From positions 1-54,629 of IMG/VR virus record IMGVR_UViG_3300038696_000641: a stretch of DNA of 54,629 nucleotides, one strand, 5' to 3'. Under the pieces are notes generated by a model. That model made no database searches. It was given only the letters and a program-made list of their open reading frames with translations, and had not been told where the DNA came from. Below, piece after piece: positions 41,984 to 50,932 of this stretch. The stretch's first letter is position 1, and every line of letters starts with the position of its first letter. The DNA comes from a virus (taxonomy: Duplodnaviria > Caudoviricetes). A program made the position numbers and the translations under genes.

Positions 41984-42693
41984 GCGCGCGCCGCCTTCGG
42001 CCCCACGGCTTCAATGATAGCCACCTGACGCTTCTCGAATGCGGCGACTTGTTCGATTGCCTTGTCGATATCGCGCAGGACGCCCTCAGCCTGCTCAAGG
42101 TGAATGCGGGCATTGTGGGCATCTTTCTCTCTTGACACCCGCCATTCACGCATTTCGGCCAAAAGCGTTTCCATTTCGTCGTTTGATCCATCCGGCCCGA
42201 ACAGATCCTCACGGATTGCCGCGACCCAGCCGGGCATGACGTTGATGCCGATGGTTTCTGCCACGGTCTTGTCGGTCTCTTGGCCGCGATACCGCTTGCG
42301 ATCATCGTCGTAGACGTCTTCAAGGATGCCGATGATCTGGCGTTTCTGAACCGGTGTTGGCTGGCGCAAGTCTGTAACGCTGGCTGACTGGGCTGGTTTT
42401 GCTTTCAGTGTTGGTTTTTGCATTGGTGTCTCCGGCTTCAATGTCACGTTGTTGGTGTTTTTGCGTTCGTTCTCGCATGTCGGGCAGCGCAGTTTTTTCT
42501 TAACCAGCGCCCATCCAGCGGCTTCAATTTTGCGGATAGCCTGACCTTCCTTGGCCAAGCTCATTATCGGCCTGCCGCTGCCACCCGAGTTGCCGCCATG
42601 CGCGGCCCGCACCTCCTCGGTGGTGCCGCAGTCGGCGCAGGTGCAGCGTGCAAGCTCTTGGCCGCGTGGGCCCTTCATCGGTTTGATGCTCAT
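41980..42693 (-). CDS. hypothetical protein with Zn-ribbon motifs
   Basis: CADC and CPTC; start taken at MSIKPM. Confidence 0.6.
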   Translation of the reverse strand: MSIKPMKGPRGQELARCTCADCGTTEEVRAAHGGNSGGSGRPIMSLAKEGQAIRKIEAAGWALVKKKLRCPTCENERKNTNNVTLKPETPMQKPTLKAKPAQSASVTDLRQPTPVQKRQIIGILEDVYDDDRKRYRGQETDKTVAETIGINVMPGWVAAIREDLFGPDGSNDEMETLLAEMREWRVSREKDAHNARIHLEQAEGVLRDIDKAIEQVAAFEKRQVAIIEAVGPKAARA

Positions 42694-42697
42694 GCTG

Positions 42698-43219
42698 TTA
42701 TCCAGCCTCCCCAATGGCCGGAAACTTCTTTGCACTAACGCTTGGCAGGTGGCCGTATCCCTTCTCGGCAAGGATCGCCTCACGTTGCTCCTTGGTCGCA
42801 CGGGGCTCCGCCGCGACCTGCTGCTTGTCCGGCTGCTCACCCATCTGGGCTCGGCGCAACGCCAGTGCTTTCTGCCGTGTTGCCAGAATCACGCTTTTGA
42901 TCGAGCCTTCGTGGGGCATGCTTTTGGCGTTTGGATTGTCCATGAGCCATTGGCGACACGCCGATTGCACCTCGGACAGCGGATAATCCTGCAATGCGTC
43001 CATCCAGTCCGTGATCACGCGGTCGTGCGCGGCACTGCCACGGTCGCGGTCCCAGCCGAACCGGTCCAGCTTCTTAGCCATGACCTCAAGCTCGACCGAT
43101 ACCATCGCCCGATGCCGCACCAACTCCTGCGAGCCTAAGAATGTTCTCAAGGGCAGGGTCAGGCCGGTCTTTTCGTCCTTGGGGTGTTCCGCTGCTCTGG
43201 TTTCCAGTTGATTGGTCAT
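42698..43219 (-). CDS. putative replication accessory protein (helicase loader-like)
   Basis: DWMDALQDYP..EV..AC..W segment; follows the initiator; true start may be 43105. Confidence 0.5.
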   Translation of the reverse strand: MTNQLETRAAEHPKDEKTGLTLPLRTFLGSQELVRHRAMVSVELEVMAKKLDRFGWDRDRGSAAHDRVITDWMDALQDYPLSEVQSACRQWLMDNPNAKSMPHEGSIKSVILATRQKALALRRAQMGEQPDKQQVAAEPRATKEQREAILAEKGYGHLPSVSAKKFPAIGEAG

Positions 43220-43961
43220 AGTTTCCCTCCATGATTTTTGTGAAATTTGCGGGCTTGATCAGCCAATCGAAGCCAAAGCCCTGCCATGGGCGTTCAGTCC
43301 GGCCGCATAGAAAATCCGATCGTTCCGCTTTTTGAATTGCCGTGCGCCAGCCATCGATGCCACCTGCATCGGCCAGCCTTGCCTTGAGGCTTTTGGTTCT
43401 GGTCGGATTCATTTTCTGAACCGCTGGCCACTGGGCCCCGATAGCCGCCTGATTGAAAATCTGGACGGCGGCGGCCACGTCGCTCGTCGGTGAAGCCGAC
43501 AAGGATACGCTAGTATCCTCTTTCTCCTGAATTACATCTTGTATTAAACCCTTATTAGGTTTGTCCCGCTGCTGTCCCGCTGCTGTCCCGCTGCTGTCCC
43601 GCTTTTTGGATTTCGCTGTCCCGATTTGGTTCGGCGCGTTCTGATATTCGTCATATTTACAAATGGTTATGACGTTTATACCTGTCCCGCTTTCTGTCCC
43701 GATCATGTCCCGATTTTCGAGACGTTTAATAAACCTATCTACTTTGGATTTTGACCATCCCCATGCCTCCGCCATAAACCGGACAGACGAAGCGAGCTGG
43801 CCACGCTCGGTGTCAACCCACAGATTACCGACCGGCTTTGACCGCGCCTTGTATGACGCCTCCATGATCATCCACAGCCAAGCCTCGCGCTCTGTGAACG
43901 GCTCAGGCTTGAACGCGGTATCGTCAAACAGGTTACGAGATACATTGATCGTGCCCGTCAC
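43086..43961 (-). CDS. replication initiator (lambda O-like)
   Basis: EREAWLWM..A, RGQLASSVRFMAEAWGWS wHTH, FDWLIKPANF.KI.EGNY; internal iterons. Confidence 0.8.
   Translation of the reverse strand: MTGTINVSRNLFDDTAFKPEPFTEREAWLWMIMEASYKARSKPVGNLWVDTERGQLASSVRFMAEAWGWSKSKVDRFIKRLENRDMIGTESGTGINVITICKYDEYQNAPNQIGTAKSKKRDSSGTAAGQQRDKPNKGLIQDVIQEKEDTSVSLSASPTSDVAAAVQIFNQAAIGAQWPAVQKMNPTRTKSLKARLADAGGIDGWRTAIQKAERSDFLCGRTERPWQGFGFDWLIKPANFTKIMEGNYDQSTGNQSSGTPQGRKDRPDPALENILRLAGVGAASGDGIGRA
43562..43712. repeat. iterons of the probable replication origin
   Basis: Eight TGTCCCG copies at 43562, 43573, 43584, 43595, 43617, 43683, 43695, 43706; near-11-bp phasing; adjacent AT-rich tracts. Confidence 0.8.
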
Positions 43962-44323
43962 AATATCACCTCAATTGTTGCGACGACTGCGCCGCCTTTG
44001 ATTACGTCGCCCTTCTTGAGCGAGAGTCGGAAGTTGCTGTCATCCACCCCCAGCACATCAGACAGAGAATCTAGGCCAGCCTTGAATGCGCCCAGCATGC
44101 CGTCCAGATCCCTGCGGCGCCTGTCAGGCGGCATGAACGTCAGGGCCACATCCATGGCCGCTGACGGGTCGTTGTGACGCCGGACGCCCTGCACCTTGGC
44201 CTCCCAGCCGCAAAGCGTGCGATAGGCCTTTGTGGGCCCCGCATACTTGCGCCAATGCGACCGACGCTTTGCGTTGGGCGATAGGCAGGCTGGGGGCCAA
44301 GGGAAGGTGACAGTGTGGGGCAT
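43958..44323 (-). CDS. RusA-like endodeoxyribonuclease
   Basis: FPWPP..LSPN and PPDRRRRDLDG...K..LD....VDD motifs. Confidence 0.8.
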   Translation of the reverse strand: MPHTVTFPWPPACLSPNAKRRSHWRKYAGPTKAYRTLCGWEAKVQGVRRHNDPSAAMDVALTFMPPDRRRRDLDGMLGAFKAGLDSLSDVLGVDDSNFRLSLKKGDVIKGGAVVATIEVIL

Positions 44324-44820
44324 TAAAATGGAATTTCGTCGTCTGGCCCGTCGCCGCCGCCATAGCCGCCCTGCCCACCGCTATTTGGGTTCTGGTGTCC
44401 GGGATCGTAGTGCCCACTGCCCTGCCCGCCGCCTTGGTCGCCGCCATAACCACCGCCGCCGCCTTGACCGCCGCCCTGACCAGACGATGGTAGCATGACA
44501 AGTTTTCCATCATATCCTTGCAGCACGACCTCGGTGCTATAGCGATCCGCACCAGACTGGTCCTGCCATTTACGGGTTCTGAATTTGCCGCTTACAAAAA
44601 CCTTACTGCCCTTTTTGAGATATTGCTCAGCAACTCTCACAAGTCCGTCCTGAAAAATTGAAACAGGAATCCATTCGGTTTTTTCTTGTTGTTCGCCTGA
44701 TTGATTTTTCCACTTTTCACTGCATGCAATCCGCAGGTTGCAGACCTTGTTGCCGTTAGTGAACGTGCGGATTTCAGGGTCAGCCCCCAAATTCCCAATA
44801 AATTGACATTGATTAAGCAT
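44323..44820 (-). CDS. ssb: single-stranded DNA-binding protein
   Basis: IGNLGADPEIR, YLKKGSKV, Gly-rich linker, C-terminal DDEIPF. Confidence 0.96.
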   Translation of the reverse strand: MLNQCQFIGNLGADPEIRTFTNGNKVCNLRIACSEKWKNQSGEQQEKTEWIPVSIFQDGLVRVAEQYLKKGSKVFVSGKFRTRKWQDQSGADRYSTEVVLQGYDGKLVMLPSSGQGGGQGGGGGYGGDQGGGQGSGHYDPGHQNPNSGGQGGYGGGDGPDDEIPF

Positions 44821-45310
44821 TTTTCGCCCCTTTAGAAATAAGTCGCGCTTTGGAAGACCCTGTTTTTATCCAGTACCCAACTGTGCCTGAGCCAAGCCCC
44901 AGTGTGCGCTCGGCCTCGTTCTGGCTTTCAAAATACTGACCCAAGACTAGGACCTGGTTCGACTGGCTCGGGCGCTTGAAGGTCTTTCCGTAATTTGCGT
45001 GATTTTCACCCGACGGCATCCTCCCGCGCTCTTTGGCTTCGGCCATATTCTCGGCGTGGGTGCCGGCGCGAAGGTGATCTGGGTTGACGCAGTGCCTAAC
45101 GTCGCAAGAATGAAGGACTTCCATACCGTCTGGGATTGGGCCCTTGTGCAGCTCGTAAGACAGTCGGTGTGCGGATACCGCCTTGCCGAAAACCTTCAAC
45201 CAGCCATACCCATTTGGGTATTTGGCTCCTTCCCAAACCCAACAGCCTGTGTCGGGGCATTCAGTATAGCCCCTCATGAAACGTAAATATGGAGCCTCTC
45301 TTGCAGCCAT
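44813..45310 (-). CDS. HNH endonuclease
   Basis: CWVWEG..GYG..AHRLSYE..VLHSCD..CVNPDHL..GT..EN. Confidence 0.9.
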   Translation of the reverse strand: MAAREAPYLRFMRGYTECPDTGCWVWEGAKYPNGYGWLKVFGKAVSAHRLSYELHKGPIPDGMEVLHSCDVRHCVNPDHLRAGTHAENMAEAKERGRMPSGENHANYGKTFKRPSQSNQVLVLGQYFESQNEAERTLGLGSGTVGYWIKTGSSKARLISKGAKNA

Positions 45311-45795
45311 TACGCCCGCCCCTCTGCATTCATTGCGGCGCAAGCGCGGTCCCAAATGTCATCGCCCAGCTCTTTGACGAAGCCTTTCAGCGCATTGAAT
45401 TGCTGGAGGTCGCGGTTTGCGCTGATTTCAATGCGCTTGGTCTTTTCGCGCTCTTTGATATCAATGACGGCCTGCTCATGCGCGTGCTGCTCGGCTTGGC
45501 GCTGCCGCTTTTCCTCGCGGTTTTCTTTATCCTTCGTTTGCTGCGGGGCCAGCTCTTTTGGCAAGCTTTTCAAAAGCACGTTGATCGCATTGCAGCGCCC
45601 TTGCAGGAGGCGGCGATAGGTCGTTGCCTCAAATGCCCATGTGTCGCTTGGGGGCGTTGCATCGCCATTTGATACCGCGTCGAGCTGGTCGCGGATCATG
45701 ATGATTTCCGCAATCAGCTCTTGTTGATGCGCGGTCGCTTCTGCCTTGTTGTCGGGCAGCGGAAAATCCAAGTCTGTGAATGTCCAATCATACAT
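45310..45795 (-). CDS. hypothetical protein
   Basis: 161-aa helical ORF abutting the HNH start. Confidence 0.55.
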   Translation of the reverse strand: MYDWTFTDLDFPLPDNKAEATAHQQELIAEIIMIRDQLDAVSNGDATPPSDTWAFEATTYRRLLQGRCNAINVLLKSLPKELAPQQTKDKENREEKRQRQAEQHAHEQAVIDIKEREKTKRIEISANRDLQQFNALKGFVKELGDDIWDRACAAMNAEGRA

Positions 45796-45840
45796 ATTGG
45801 CTCGCTTTCTCTTTGATGTTGTGGGTTGATATTGCGGCCT

Positions 45841-46083
45841 TTAACGCGGCCATTGCATTTGTGATCGGGCCGCCAGCAATGCGCCCTCGATCCGGTCTTT
45901 GACTTGCTTGTGCGCTTTTGCGTTGTCGCTGCCACGCGGCTCCGACCTGGCAACGATCCGCGCGAGTAGGTCAAAACCCGCGCGGTCCATTTCAAAGGCG
46001 ATCAATTCGCCCTTGGGCATTGCTTTGAGGTGTTCGCGTTCCGCCATGATATCAGCCGGAAGCCGCTGGCTGTGCATCAGCAC
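45841..46083 (-). CDS. hypothetical protein
   Basis: 80-aa ORF in the operon. Confidence 0.45.
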   Translation of the reverse strand: MLMHSQRLPADIMAEREHLKAMPKGELIAFEMDRAGFDLLARIVARSEPRGSDNAKAHKQVKDRIEGALLAARSQMQWPR

Positions 46084-46288
46084 ATTGCGACAAGTCCATG
46101 GAATAGCGTGCGAAGCGTTTGCCGCTCACGCGGTCATGGACCGTTTCCTTGTCGATCTTGTGACCTTCACTCTTGAGGTCATGGACACGCGCACCGAGGC
46201 GGAAGCACCCGTATTTGTTCAGTGCCTCAATGGGTGTGATGCTTTTGCCCGAAAGAAGGTGAGATAGAATTGCAGCGTTTTGAGACAT
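46052..46288 (-). CDS. winged-HTH protein
   Basis: Q...IL.HL..G.SIT.IEA...YGCFRLGARVHDL...G. Confidence 0.75.
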   Translation of the reverse strand: MSQNAAILSHLLSGKSITPIEALNKYGCFRLGARVHDLKSEGHKIDKETVHDRVSGKRFARYSMDLSQCADAQPAASG

Positions 46289-46290
46289 GA

Positions 46291-46581
46291 TCACATCCCC
46301 AACGCTGACATATACATGTCCATGACGGCTTCTTCCTCGGCCAGATCATTGGCGTCACGCTTGCGGATGGCGACAATCTTGCGCAGCACCTTGGTGTCGT
46401 AGTCGCGCCCCTTGGCCTCGGCCATGACTTCCTTCTGGGCGTCTGCGGCGTCTTTCTTTTCCGCCTCAAGACGCTCGTAGCGCTCGATGAACTGGCGCAA
46501 TTCTTGGGCGGCTGCTGTCATGACTTGATCTTTGACGGCGGCATCCTCTGCCGTCTGCTTCATGGGCGTGTGTGCGTTCAT
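46291..46581 (-). CDS. GapR/DUF2312 family DNA-binding protein
   Basis: LRQFIERYERLEAEKK....KEVMAEAKG..YDTKVLRKIV..RK.....EEEA..D.Y..ALGM. Confidence 0.9.
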   Translation of the reverse strand: MNAHTPMKQTAEDAAVKDQVMTAAAQELRQFIERYERLEAEKKDAADAQKEVMAEAKGRDYDTKVLRKIVAIRKRDANDLAEEEAVMDMYMSALGM

Positions 46582-46705
46582 TGCAGGCCATCCATTTTGA
46601 GGTATTGATTGTAGGCTTTATCCGCGAGCTTGCGGTAACGACGGAATGCGCGGTGAGACCGCGCTTGGTAAAAGCGAGCCGAAAGGTGAATGAAGAGACG
46701 CTTCA

Positions 46706-47038
46706 TTATTCGCGGCCCTCGATCTGCTTGAAGACGATTTCAGCACCGGCGACGGCAAGGACGGCAGCGACATACTTGAGGCTGGCGTCGTTCTCCTCAC
46801 GCAACCAGTTGCGCACCTGACGCGCACTTACGCCAAGGACAGGCGCAGCCTTGTTGGCCAAGTCGTTTTCGGATTGCGAAGGGAAAGCACGCCACAGGAG
46901 GTCACAAAACCAGCGGCGCGATTTAGAACCAGAGATCGAATTGGAAATACTTTTCCGATCCGGTCGGATACTTTCGACACATGAATCATATCTTTCGATA
47001 CGCGACAGGTGAATGCGGGGAACGTGTTGGTAGCTCAT
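46706..47038 (-). CDS. HTH-containing protein at the CII-like position
   Basis: KAAPVLGVSARQVRNWL HTH. Confidence 0.6.
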   Translation of the reverse strand: MSYQHVPRIHLSRIERYDSCVESIRPDRKSISNSISGSKSRRWFCDLLWRAFPSQSENDLANKAAPVLGVSARQVRNWLREENDASLKYVAAVLAVAGAEIVFKQIEGRE

Positions 47039-47520
47039 GCGGCATCTCCGGTGGGCTTTGGTTTTTCAGTGCTTTCACCAACAAGGTCGCGCATCTTGCT
47101 GCGGACCTTTTCGACGGTTTCAGGCCAGACACGCTTGCCAGAGCGAAGGCGTTCATAAAACTTACCGCCCTGTCCCACACGGGCTCCCATAGTCGTAATG
47201 GAGATACCGAGGCCGCTAGCTGCCGCCTGCATTTCATCAGCCAAAATGGCGGACACCGCGTTCGGTTCGGCTGGATCGACGTTTCGAATGGCGCGATGCT
47301 GGATATTGTAGCGAGGTTTTTCGGTCTTAATCGCCAACGCCTCCGCGGCGAGCGCAGCATTACGGCAATCGAACCATGTGATTTCAGACCGGCAAACCAA
47401 TGCGTGCCAATCGACCCGCGCTTGATGCTCTTCTTGGCGCTGCTGCAACCTGCAAGTCATACCGATGTAAAGAAGCGCGCCATCTTTATCGAAGTGGCGA
47501 TAGAGGGAGACTCTGGTCAT
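47035..47520 (-). CDS. GIY-YIG-like domain fused to a C-terminal HTH-like domain
   Basis: SLYRHF....LLYIGMT....R...H, E..AI..EKPRYN; then GISITTMGARV......RLRSG.....ETVEKV. Confidence 0.65.
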   Translation of the reverse strand: MTRVSLYRHFDKDGALLYIGMTCRLQQRQEEHQARVDWHALVCRSEITWFDCRNAALAAEALAIKTEKPRYNIQHRAIRNVDPAEPNAVSAILADEMQAAASGLGISITTMGARVGQGGKFYERLRSGKRVWPETVEKVRSKMRDLVGESTEKPKPTGDAA

Positions 47521-47726
47521 GCCGCGCCCTCTTTTTTTAGCCATGCGGCGGGCGGAACACTACCGCCCGTCGCGTCATTAATCTTGGTGATGGTTTTCCA
47601 ACCCGGAGTAGCCGCGCCACTCAAAATCTCAGACAGATAGCTGCGAGAGATACCAAAGACCTCCGCCCACTCTTCTTGAGTGCGCTTGATTTTGGAGTTT
47701 GTGATGTATTGGTTCAATGTCTGCAT
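47517..47726 (-). CDS. Cro-like XRE HTH regulator
   Basis: TQEEWAEVFGISRSYLSEILSG; divergent from the repressor. Confidence 0.8.
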   Translation of the reverse strand: MQTLNQYITNSKIKRTQEEWAEVFGISRSYLSEILSGAATPGWKTITKINDATGGSVPPAAWLKKEGAA

Positions 47727-47734
47727 GACGGCTT

Positions 47735-47784
47735 TGTCGAACATAACGACAACTCTGTCAAGACGAGTGTCGCTATTAGCGAAG
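47735..47784. promoter_or_regulatory. immunity operator/promoter region
   Basis: TGTCGAACATAACGACA (47735-47751); imperfect TGTCGCTATTAGCGAAG (47768-47784); TTGACA on the minus strand at 47756-47761. Confidence 0.7.
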
Positions 47785-47819
47785 CGACACGGGGTGAAAG
47801 TCGGAGTAACTATTAGAAC

Positions 47820-48116
47820 ATGGGATTAAGAATCAAAGAACTCCGCAAAGCAGCCGGACTGAGCCAGCAGATGCTAGCTGAGAAGTCAGGGATATCGCGA
47901 TCGCAGCTTTCGGAAATCGAAACCGAAACAAAACCGGCGAACACTTACCGGCTCAACGCGCTTGCAAAGGCGCTCAACGTAGAAGTTGACGAGCTATTTG
48001 TGAGAAATGCGCAAGAAATATTCATTTCCGAACTGCGGGACATCCTTGAGGATGTGAACGATGCGGATCGTGCCGCGATCCTTCAGCTGGCGCAGTCACT
48101 CGCTCGGCGCGGATAG
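47820..48116 (+). CDS. CI-like XRE repressor (no S24 peptidase domain)
   Basis: RIKELRK..GLSQQMLAEKSGISRSQLSEIE; 98 aa. Confidence 0.85.
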   Translation: MGLRIKELRKAAGLSQQMLAEKSGISRSQLSEIETETKPANTYRLNALAKALNVEVDELFVRNAQEIFISELRDILEDVNDADRAAILQLAQSLARRG

Positions 48117-48305
48117 CGCGAGCATATGCCACAACCTGATACAGATCAGCAACGCTAAGTACGTCAAGGCAATCGGGCATCGACTGCGCTCCATCAACTG
48201 TTTCCAGTTTCACCCCCAATACTCCTTTTGTTCCCGAATTGTTCCGTATTATGGACATTTAAACCCACCCTGCAAGCGTGAGTTGCTAAAGTGACGCAGT
48301 TTATT

Positions 48306-48355
48306 TGTCGTTATTTGCGACATTCACCTTGACAGATTTGTCGTTATACTCGACA
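48306..48355 (+). promoter_or_regulatory. operator pair and promoter for the rightward early operon
   Basis: TGTCGTTATTTGCGACA (48306-48322) and TGTCGTTATACTCGACA (48339-48355) flank TTGACA (48329-48334). Confidence 0.75.
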
Positions 48356-48392
48356 TTCTCTCCCAATAGCAATTTTGCCTTGGGAGAATACA

Positions 48393-48626
48393 ATGCACCC
48401 CGACACTTACAACGGACGGCACGACTTGGGCCGGAACGCCGCAAACTTTGAGCGGGTCAATGATGATGCGCCGGTTGGCCTGACGTTGGCCCAGCGGTTT
48501 GCGCTGGTCACACTTTTCGCTGCTATTGGCGTGGCTATCACGCTGATGTTTGGACTGGCTGTCAATGTCTGGCTGGCGAAAGCCGCATACCTTCACGCAA
48601 ACCCTTTGGTCGGTCAGCCATGGTAG
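48393..48626 (+). CDS. hypothetical membrane protein
   Basis: One TM segment; GGAG RBS. Confidence 0.5.
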   Translation: MHPDTYNGRHDLGRNAANFERVNDDAPVGLTLAQRFALVTLFAAIGVAITLMFGLAVNVWLAKAAYLHANPLVGQPW

Positions 48627-48787
48627 TCCGCGCCGACACGGATACATGTGCCGCCCTGCGATTGGCGAACAACGCGATCTACAATGCTGCGCGCCTTGCC
48701 CGCAAAGCGGGCGATCCCCGCGCTGATGAACTCAAGGCCTTGGCTTTGAAGTCTGACGATCTTGTTGATCGGGGGGCGCAGTCATGA
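48620..48787 (+). CDS. hypothetical protein (55 aa, absent from the ORF track)
   Basis: MVVRADTDTCAALRLANN...; overlaps both neighbours. Confidence 0.4.
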   Translation: MVVRADTDTCAALRLANNAIYNAARLARKAGDPRADELKALALKSDDLVDRGAQS

Positions 48788-49593
48788 GCGATATAGAGGC
48801 AGCACCAAGTCAGGAAGCTGAAAAGCCCGCTCAGACGGGGCTTGATCTTCTGCGCGCGCCGTTCCCTGCTTCCGCTATTTCAAGGCTTCCAAAACCTACG
48901 AAGAAGCAGACGGATGACCTTCGGGCAAATCGAAGCCTCGGCATTCGATGTGATCTATGTAAAGGCTGGCATCACCGAGACGTTGTGCATCTTGACTACG
49001 TTGGCCACGCGGCGATTACAGATCGATTGCTTGAGTGCGACCCAACATGGAATTGGGAGCCGGTTTCGTACAATGCTGATGGCAGCCCCGCCATTGATGG
49101 CAATGGCGGCATGTGGATCAGGTTGACTGTGTGTGGCGTCACGAGGTTGGGCTACGGCGATGCTGACGGCAAGCGCGGTGGCAATGCGGTTAAGGAAATC
49201 ATTGGCGATGCTATCCGCAATGCGGCAATGCGCTTTGGCGCTGCGCTAGATCTCTGGCACAAGGGAGATCTGCATCCGCAAATTAGCTCTGAGCCCCCCG
49301 AACCAAATGGCCAGACTCTTGAGCACGCCCAAGGCACTCAGCAAAAGCCTACCCTCATCAACGGCGACCAATTCATTAAATTGCGCGATATGGCCGATGC
49401 GGCTGGGGTAGACCACGATAAGGTTGCTGAGACCTATGGTGTCTCGTCTTTAAACGAATTGCGCGCCACTGATTTCGCCCGTGCGATGAAAAAGTTGGCT
49501 GCGACAATCACCAAAAACACACAGCCGCCCCCGAATGCTGGGGAGAACCCATACATCAACAATCAATACCAAGGAGCAGACAATCATGCTTGA
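48784..49593 (+). CDS. Rad52/Sak-like single-strand annealing protein
   Basis: LDYVGHAAITDRL..DP.W.W, LTVCGVTRLGYG, KE.IGDA.RNAAMRFG. Confidence 0.75.
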   Translation: MSDIEAAPSQEAEKPAQTGLDLLRAPFPASAISRLPKPTKKQTDDLRANRSLGIRCDLCKGWHHRDVVHLDYVGHAAITDRLLECDPTWNWEPVSYNADGSPAIDGNGGMWIRLTVCGVTRLGYGDADGKRGGNAVKEIIGDAIRNAAMRFGAALDLWHKGDLHPQISSEPPEPNGQTLEHAQGTQQKPTLINGDQFIKLRDMADAAGVDHDKVAETYGVSSLNELRATDFARAMKKLAATITKNTQPPPNAGENPYINNQYQGADNHA

Positions 49594-50284
49594 TGAAAAC
49601 CCGCGCGCGGCGATTGGCGACAACAACCCGCCAACGCCGATTGAGGCCGTTTCAGAGGAATGGTCGGACGTTATCCAAGAGGCCCAGAATTGGACCGATG
49701 GAGAGCTGGTGCAAGACACCGGGCAGATGGAAGCCGTCGACCTCATTATCAGGGACTTCACAAAGTATTTGACCGCACTTCGGGCTGCGGGAGCCGAACA
49801 GACTGGGCCACTGCATAAGGCCTGGAAAGCAGAAGTTGCGAAAGTCAAAGTTTACATTGACGATGCGGAAATGATTAAAGCATCGCTGGTTAAGACAGTG
49901 GGGCCATACAAAAAGAAGCTAGCTGATGAAAAGGCGGAAGCAGAGCGCCTTGAGTGGGAAAAAGTCAATGCAGCAAGGCGCGAGGCAGAAATTGCAGCGT
50001 CTCAATTAAACGAGGCTGACATTGATGCGCAGCGCGATCTTAAGGCCAAGCGCAAGGCGGTGATCGAGGCCGAAAAAGAGGCCAAAACCGTCGCGAAAGA
50101 TAAAGTGAAGCGCATGCGGACGGTGAAAACCTATAAGATCTTCGATCACAGGGCCGCACTGAACTGCATCGCGCGAAGCAACCCCGATGCGATTACCGCA
50201 TTCATCGATGACTACGTGCGTCAGAGATTCAAGTCCGAAGCGATCGATGGCGTCACAGTCAGCGAAAGCAAGGAGCCGTACTGA
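49586..50284 (+). CDS. hypothetical coiled-coil protein
   Basis: Start MLDENPRAAIGDNNPP with AGGAG RBS. Confidence 0.6.
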   Translation: MLDENPRAAIGDNNPPTPIEAVSEEWSDVIQEAQNWTDGELVQDTGQMEAVDLIIRDFTKYLTALRAAGAEQTGPLHKAWKAEVAKVKVYIDDAEMIKASLVKTVGPYKKKLADEKAEAERLEWEKVNAARREAEIAASQLNEADIDAQRDLKAKRKAVIEAEKEAKTVAKDKVKRMRTVKTYKIFDHRAALNCIARSNPDAITAFIDDYVRQRFKSEAIDGVTVSESKEPY

Positions 50285-50932
50285 TGCTGACCGACAAACA
50301 GCGCCGCGTATTGGTCGATCTGTCTGATGGGGACTGGCAACAGCTGGTCCCACATCACAGCCGCTCTGTCGTGGCCTCTCTTAACCGCATGGGCTGCATC
50401 CGACCCGATCACACGCACATTCCATATGAGGAGCGGATCTGGACCATCACCCCTATTGGATTGGAATGCTTGGAGGCAACAGCATGAGCGTTTTGGATGA
50501 CATTAAATCGAACCTAGCAACGCAGTCAGAAGGCTATGCAGTCGTCAATGACGGTATATTGGTCACATCATCCGTCGATACATCTCGGTCGGGCGCTGTC
50601 CAGCTTTTTGCAGCTATTACGCATTTGCCAGAAGCCCTGCTTTTTATGGCCTTGTGCGGCAAAGATGAATGCGGTTGCTGCGAGAGGTTTCTCAAAAAAA
50701 TCAAGCCGACGGCGAAAATTGTTTCCGTGAAGGTGCAGGTGCAGCCATGAAGACCTGCGCCATCCCAGACTGCCGCAAGAAGGCCATCGCAGGCGTGACT
50801 GGCCTTTGCGCCAAGCACCAGCACCGCAAAGGCTACTGCAAGTGCAAGAAGTGCGCAGAGAGCCGCAACCACGTCACGTTGAAGCCCGCCCCTTGGGATG
50901 CTGTTCCAAATTCAATAGGAGGGCATCGCTGA
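50284..50932 (+). CDS. three small hypothetical genes (50284-50487, 50484-50750, 50747-50932)
   Basis: Chain of start/stop-overlapping ORFs; the last is Cys/His-rich. Confidence 0.5.

Noticed and set aside
43529-43544. Weak NrdR-like sequence (GAATTACATCTTGTAT) near the origin
   Set aside because: Lacks the conserved C at position 4, is unpaired and lies inside a CDS.
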